Shown here: piece after piece, positions 60,027-64,000 of the stretch | Position numbering within the stretch: position 1 is the first letter of the stretch | How the letters are laid out: each line of letters starts with the position of its first letter | Sequence record: NC_048045.1 | Direction: 5' to 3' (one strand) | Length of the DNA stretch: 64,000 nucleotides | Notes under the pieces: model-generated | Database searches by the model: none | Told to the model about the DNA's origin: nothing | What the model saw: only the letters and a program-made list of their open reading frames with translations | Made by a program: the position numbers and the translations under genes

Positions 60027-60422
60027 ATGCAGAACCACACCATCGATCCGCGCATCGGCGTCCTCAACTCGGGCGTCTACTACGCTTTCGTCGACGGCTA
60101 TCACAAGCCCGAGACGCGCGGCACGCTCGAAGAAGTCGAGATCGCCCTGGGCGTTCGCAAGCCCAAGCCCGCGCCGGCTCCCCTGGTGGAAGTCCAGGGC
60201 CGGGGCGGTCGCGTCTCGGTGCAGTTCGGCACCATCAACGGCAAGCCCCTGACTCTGACGATCAGCGAGGCCGACAGCGTCTGCGCCGACGTCGAGTGCG
60301 GGCGCCACGGCTGCTCGCTGGCGCTGCTGGACGACTTCGGCACGATCGGCGAGGACGGTCCCCGCGTCTCCCAGAAGACCATCGACAAGATGATCGACTG
60401 GGCGCTGACGAAGGGGTGGTAG
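60027..60422 (+). CDS. Hypothetical protein
   Basis: ORF in string. Confidence 0.7.
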   Translation: MQNHTIDPRIGVLNSGVYYAFVDGYHKPETRGTLEEVEIALGVRKPKPAPAPLVEVQGRGGRVSVQFGTINGKPLTLTISEADSVCADVECGRHGCSLALLDDFGTIGEDGPRVSQKTIDKMIDWALTKGW

Positions 60423-60632
60423 ATGAGCACCACGCGCCTCACCGCCGAGGTCATGGAGGCCATGAAGAGCACCAACGACCCGTCGCTCCAGGAGCGCCGC
60501 GTTGGCGCCGCCATGGCCGAATACGCCGGCGATCCTGACACCTTCGATCTCGAAGGCCTGAGCCCGATGGCTCGTCGGGTCGTCCATGAAATCACGCTGG
60601 ACCTGCGGGCGCGCCTGCGCCTGTCTGCATGA
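60423..60632 (+). CDS. Hypothetical protein
   Basis: ORF in string. Confidence 0.65.
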   Translation: MSTTRLTAEVMEAMKSTNDPSLQERRVGAAMAEYAGDPDTFDLEGLSPMARRVVHEITLDLRARLRLSA

Positions 60633-60658
60633 AATTTTAATCCGGAGAGGGCCTTAAG

Positions 60659-62692
60659 TTGCTGAATTTCCAACCGTTTAAGACGGCCGTGGCGGCGCAG
60701 TTCGCCAAGATGTCCAAGGGCCAACTCTACCGCGTCGAGGTCGACAAGGACCTCCTGTGGCAAACCTATCTCGCCGCCTTCCCGCCGGGCACGGACCCGA
60801 TGTTCCGCGCGCGCACCGAGCACAACTGCTCGTGCTGCCGCGCCTTCGTGCGCCAGGGCGGCGACGTCGTGGCCATCGTCGACAACAAGATCGTCACCCT
60901 GTGGGACATCACCATTCCGGGCGAGCCGGCCTACCAGCAGGTCGCCGACAGCCTCGCGGGCCTGATCCGCTCGCGGCCGATCGCCGACGTTTTCCTGCAC
61001 GACCAGAAGTCGATCGGCACCGACCGCAGCGTCGAGTCGATGCTGGGCGGCGACGTGACCTGGAACCACTTCTACTGCGACGTGCCCGAGCGCTTCGTCA
61101 AGAAGCGCGCCGACATCCCCACGGCGCTGCACGAGCCGCGCATGGCGGCCGAGACGCTGCTGCGCGCGGTCACCGAAATCAGCCGCGAGGCGGTCGAGAC
61201 CGTGCTCGAACTGGTCGCCCAGAAGTCGGTCTACCGGATCGAGGAGCACAAGGCGACGGTCGAGGCCTTCCGGGCGATGCAGAACAGCTTCGCCGGCAAG
61301 TCGGGCCTGGACGCGACCCTGCACGCCTGGACCACGGCCACCAAGGGCGAGGTCTGGGGTTCGGTGATCGGCATCAAGAACACCGTCATCGGCTCGCTGC
61401 TGCTCGACCTGTCGGGCGACATGGAGATCGAGGACGCGGTCAAGAAGTACGAGACCAAGGTCGCGCCGCAGAACTACAAGCGCACCTCGACGATCGCCAC
61501 CAAGCGCCAGATCGAGGCCGCCAAGAAGACGCTGGAAGACCTGGGCCTGACCTCGGCCCTGGAGCGCCGCTATGCCGTCCTGACGGACGTGTCGATTAAC
61601 GACGTCCTGTTCGCTGATCGCTCGGCCAAGGCGGCGCTGAACGCGGACGTGTTCTCGGAGATGGCGGCCGAGGTGGGCGAGAAGACCAAGTCGTTCGACA
61701 AGGTCGAGGAGGTCCCGATCGACCGCTTCCTGAGCGACATCCTGCCCAAGGTCACCTCGATCGAGGCCCTGGTCGAGAACCGTCTGGCGGGCAACTTCGT
61801 CAGCCTGATCGCGCCCAAGAACCCGACGGCCGGCAACCTCTTCAAGTGGGGCAACAACTTCTCCTGGTCCTACGCGGGCGAGGTTGCCGACTCCATCAAG
61901 CAGCGCGTCAAAGCGGCGGGCGGCAACGTCTCGGGCGACCTCTGCTGCCGTCTGGGCTGGTACAACTACGACGACCTCGACTTCCACATGTTCGAGCCGG
62001 GCGGTGGTCACATCAACTTCCGCAACAAGCGCTCGGGCGCCACTGGCGGCCAACTGGACGTCGACATGAACGCTGGGCGCGGCACCACGCGCGCGCCGGT
62101 CGAGAACATCTTCTATGGCGATCGCCGCCGGATGAAGGAGGGCGTCTACGAACTGAAGGTCCACCAGTTCGACAACCGCGATCAGCCGCGTGATCCGGGC
62201 TTCGAGGTCGAGATCGACTACCTGGGCGCGGTGACCAAGTTCAGCTACGCCAAGGCTTTGCGCCTGGGCGAATACGTCACGATCGCCAAGTTCAAGTACA
62301 CCCACGCTGGTGGCGTGGAGTTCATCTCGTCTCTGCCGTCGTCCTCGGCCAGCAAGGACGTCTGGGGCGTGAAGACCGAGACCTTCCGCAAGGTCAACGT
62401 CGTCATGCTGTCGCCCAATTTCTGGGACGGCGAGCCGGGCGTGGGCAACAAGCACTTCTTCTTCATGCTGGAGGGCGGCATCAACGAGGACGGCGCGCGC
62501 GGCTTCTACAACGAGTTCCTCAAGGACTCGCTGAGCCCGCACCGCCGCGTCTTCGAGATGCTGGGCTCCAAGCTGAAGCCGGCGCCGGCCGCCGAGCAAC
62601 TCTCGGGCCTGGGCTTCTCGTCGTCCAAGCCTGACACCCTGACCGTCAAGGTCTCGGGGGCTTTCACCCGCGTTCTCAAGATCAAGTTCTAG
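60659..62692 (+). CDS. Large protein with HNCSCC motif and YfaP/DUF2135/TerD-like DLDxH domain
   Basis: TEHNCSCCRAF; LGWYNYDDLDFH..GGQLDVDMNAG..PVENIFY. Confidence 0.8.
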   Translation: MLNFQPFKTAVAAQFAKMSKGQLYRVEVDKDLLWQTYLAAFPPGTDPMFRARTEHNCSCCRAFVRQGGDVVAIVDNKIVTLWDITIPGEPAYQQVADSLAGLIRSRPIADVFLHDQKSIGTDRSVESMLGGDVTWNHFYCDVPERFVKKRADIPTALHEPRMAAETLLRAVTEISREAVETVLELVAQKSVYRIEEHKATVEAFRAMQNSFAGKSGLDATLHAWTTATKGEVWGSVIGIKNTVIGSLLLDLSGDMEIEDAVKKYETKVAPQNYKRTSTIATKRQIEAAKKTLEDLGLTSALERRYAVLTDVSINDVLFADRSAKAALNADVFSEMAAEVGEKTKSFDKVEEVPIDRFLSDILPKVTSIEALVENRLAGNFVSLIAPKNPTAGNLFKWGNNFSWSYAGEVADSIKQRVKAAGGNVSGDLCCRLGWYNYDDLDFHMFEPGGGHINFRNKRSGATGGQLDVDMNAGRGTTRAPVENIFYGDRRRMKEGVYELKVHQFDNRDQPRDPGFEVEIDYLGAVTKFSYAKALRLGEYVTIAKFKYTHAGGVEFISSLPSSSASKDVWGVKTETFRKVNVVMLSPNFWDGEPGVGNKHFFFMLEGGINEDGARGFYNEFLKDSLSPHRRVFEMLGSKLKPAPAAEQLSGLGFSSSKPDTLTVKVSGAFTRVLKIKF

Positions 62693-62704
62693 GAAAGGAA
62701 GACC

Positions 62705-63121
62705 ATGGAAAACATCTTCGAAGTCGCCTCGCGCGAGAAGTACCGCTACGAATCCGCTAAGGGCCTCATCACCACCGAGGACCTGTGGGACCTGCCGCTG
62801 ACCAGCGACACGGGCAAGGCCAACCTGAACGACATCGCCGTCGGCCTGTTCAAGCAGGTCAAGGACCTGGACGACATCTCGTTCGTCAAGCCCAAGACGC
62901 TCGACAAGACCGTCGCCCCGCGCCTGGAGATCGTCAAGGCGGTGATCGCCTACCGCCAGGACGAGAACCGCAAGAAGCTGGAAGCCAGCACCAAGCGCGA
63001 GACCGCCCGCATCCTGCAAGAAGCCATCAGCGCCAAGCGCTCCGAGAAGATCGCCGGCACCCCGCTGGAAGAACTCGAAGCGCAACTGGCTGCGCTGAAG
63101 GCCGAGGGCGTCGAAGCCTAA
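62705..63121 (+). CDS. Hypothetical helical protein, probable partner of the upstream gene
   Basis: IFEVASREKYRYESAKGLITTEDLWDLPL; AGGAAAGG RBS. Confidence 0.8.
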   Translation: MENIFEVASREKYRYESAKGLITTEDLWDLPLTSDTGKANLNDIAVGLFKQVKDLDDISFVKPKTLDKTVAPRLEIVKAVIAYRQDENRKKLEASTKRETARILQEAISAKRSEKIAGTPLEELEAQLAALKAEGVEA

Positions 63122-63126
63122 TCGGC

Positions 63127-63192
63127 TGTTGACAACACTCTAACGCCAACATAGAAGGGCCTCCGACGACAACGCCGGAGGCCCTTTTCATG
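63127..63192 (+). promoter_or_regulatory. Phage promoter with inverted TGGCG site and 11-bp RBS hairpin
   Basis: TGTTGACA-ACACTCTAACGCCAACA-TAGAAG-GGCCTCC-GACGACAAC-GCCGGAGGCCCTTTT. Confidence 0.9.
63152..63192 (+). repeat. 41-nt exact repeat, copy 2
   Basis: Identical to the reverse complement of 11310-11350. Confidence 0.9.
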
Positions 63193-63528
63193 CAAGCCGA
63201 GAACTACACGCAGAACCTGAGCGACTGGTCCCAGTACCGCAACAACGGGCGCGGCGGCTGCGGCCTCAAGCGCGCCGAGGGCACAATCTCCAAGCGCGCC
63301 TATGAGCGGCTGATCCGCGAGGCCAAGCGCGACTTCCTGTCGGGCTTCGACATCGACTGGTCCAAGTACGGCGAGCCGACCGTCACCTTCTACGACATGC
63401 TGACCGCCCAGATCGAGTGGCCTAACCTGAAATCGGGTCAGTTGATCACGCTGACCCATATTTGGTTCGAGCGGAAGACCGGCGAAATCCTCCAGGCCGG
63501 CTCCAACCACGGGAGCCTGACCCTGTGA
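63190..63528 (+). CDS. Hypothetical protein
   Basis: First gene after a promoter. Confidence 0.75.
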   Translation: MQAENYTQNLSDWSQYRNNGRGGCGLKRAEGTISKRAYERLIREAKRDFLSGFDIDWSKYGEPTVTFYDMLTAQIEWPNLKSGQLITLTHIWFERKTGEILQAGSNHGSLTL

Positions 63529-64000
63529 GCGAGACCCCCAAGGCCTTCAAGACCTTCACCGCCGACGAGGTCGCCGCCGCCATGGCGGCCCAGAACCGCG
63601 CCAACCGTCGCCTGGAAGCTCGGGCGGTCGAGAAGGAGCGCGAGGCCGGCGAGCGCCGCCAGCAAATCGCCCTGGACGACCTGCGCCGCCAGATGATGGC
63701 CGGCGCCCGCGCCAACGTCGAGCGTGGCGTGTACACGCTGTCGACTCTGGAGTGCGACGAGTACCGCCACACCAACGTGGTGCTGGCCGAGGTCCGCACC
63801 CGCGTCTTCGCCGCCCGGCTGTCGTTCTCGGACGAGGACGCGGCCTGGACGATCGAGGCGATCATCCGCCGCTTCCCCGGCGGGCCGGCTCGCGTCCTGG
63901 AGAAGGAAGTCCTGACGCAGCAGGCGGCCTGGGACTTCTACAACGAGATCATCGAACGCTTCTACAACACCGCCGGCTTCATCTGCCGCGTCGATTACTA
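63525..64000 (+). CDS. Hypothetical protein (partial, runs off window end)
   Basis: GTG start MSETPKAFKTF; frame open to the end of the window; absent from the ORF track. Confidence 0.7.
   Translation, partial: MSETPKAFKTFTADEVAAAMAAQNRANRRLEARAVEKEREAGERRQQIALDDLRRQMMAGARANVERGVYTLSTLECDEYRHTNVVLAEVRTRVFAARLSFSDEDAAWTIEAIIRRFPGGPARVLEKEVLTQQAAWDFYNEIIERFYNTAGFICRVDY

Noticed and set aside
60636-60660. CtrA box upstream of the 677-aa gene
   Set aside because: The two TTAA half-sites are 13 nt apart, not 7.
60101-63085. 994-aa minus-strand ORF, and other long opposite-strand ORFs such as 497-2542, 6259-7671, 7631-9250, 23420-24796 and 37400-38875
   Set aside because: Antisense shadows of real genes caused by strong GC3 bias; composition is repetitive (V/L/G/D/R), with no RBS or motifs.
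1-64000. CRISPR array, integrase/att site, IS element, intron or intein, structural genes
   Set aside because: No regularly spaced repeats, recombinase or transposase motifs, splice signatures or capsid/tail proteins seen; the recurring motifs are dispersed promoter elements.

Overview
A 64-kb, GC-rich, densely packed segment of a large lytic alphaproteobacterial phage. Gene content (GcrA homologue, Caulobacter-type XRE regulator, RtcB, NAD salvage pair) is most consistent with a phiCbK-like Caulobacter phage; this is an inference, no search was run. No structural, tRNA or CRISPR genes are present. Genes from 1 to 41014 run leftward and genes from 41151 to 64000 run rightward from a divergent promoter region near 41050. 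Recognisable products are: DNA ligase (partial), a SLOG protein, DUF1643, an HslV-like Ntn hydrolase, NAMPT plus NMNAT-Nudix, Pth2, an HD (p)ppGpp-hydrolase-like protein, two HNH nucleases, a MazG-like protein, RtcB, an SPFH lipoprotein, an acyl carrier protein, a 5'-nucleotidase, an XRE regulator, GcrA, a PEP-utiliser His-domain fusion and a PPP phosphatase. About 100 other ORFs are hypothetical. Three signals stand out. (1) Nineteen related promoters of the form TTGACA-N17/18-TAGAAG-like usually carry GACGACAAC at about +1 and a TGGCK-N6-TGTTGWCA site that occurs in either orientation around the -35. (2) Several of these promoters have hairpins that would hide the RBS only on read-through transcripts, including a 17-bp spacer that is antisense to RBS plus ATG. 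(3) Two proteins are built from isolated catalytic motifs of terminase, helicases or DNA polymerase A without the intervening folds, and are candidate decoys for immune sensors. Many start sites were moved from the ORF track using RBS and overlap evidence.
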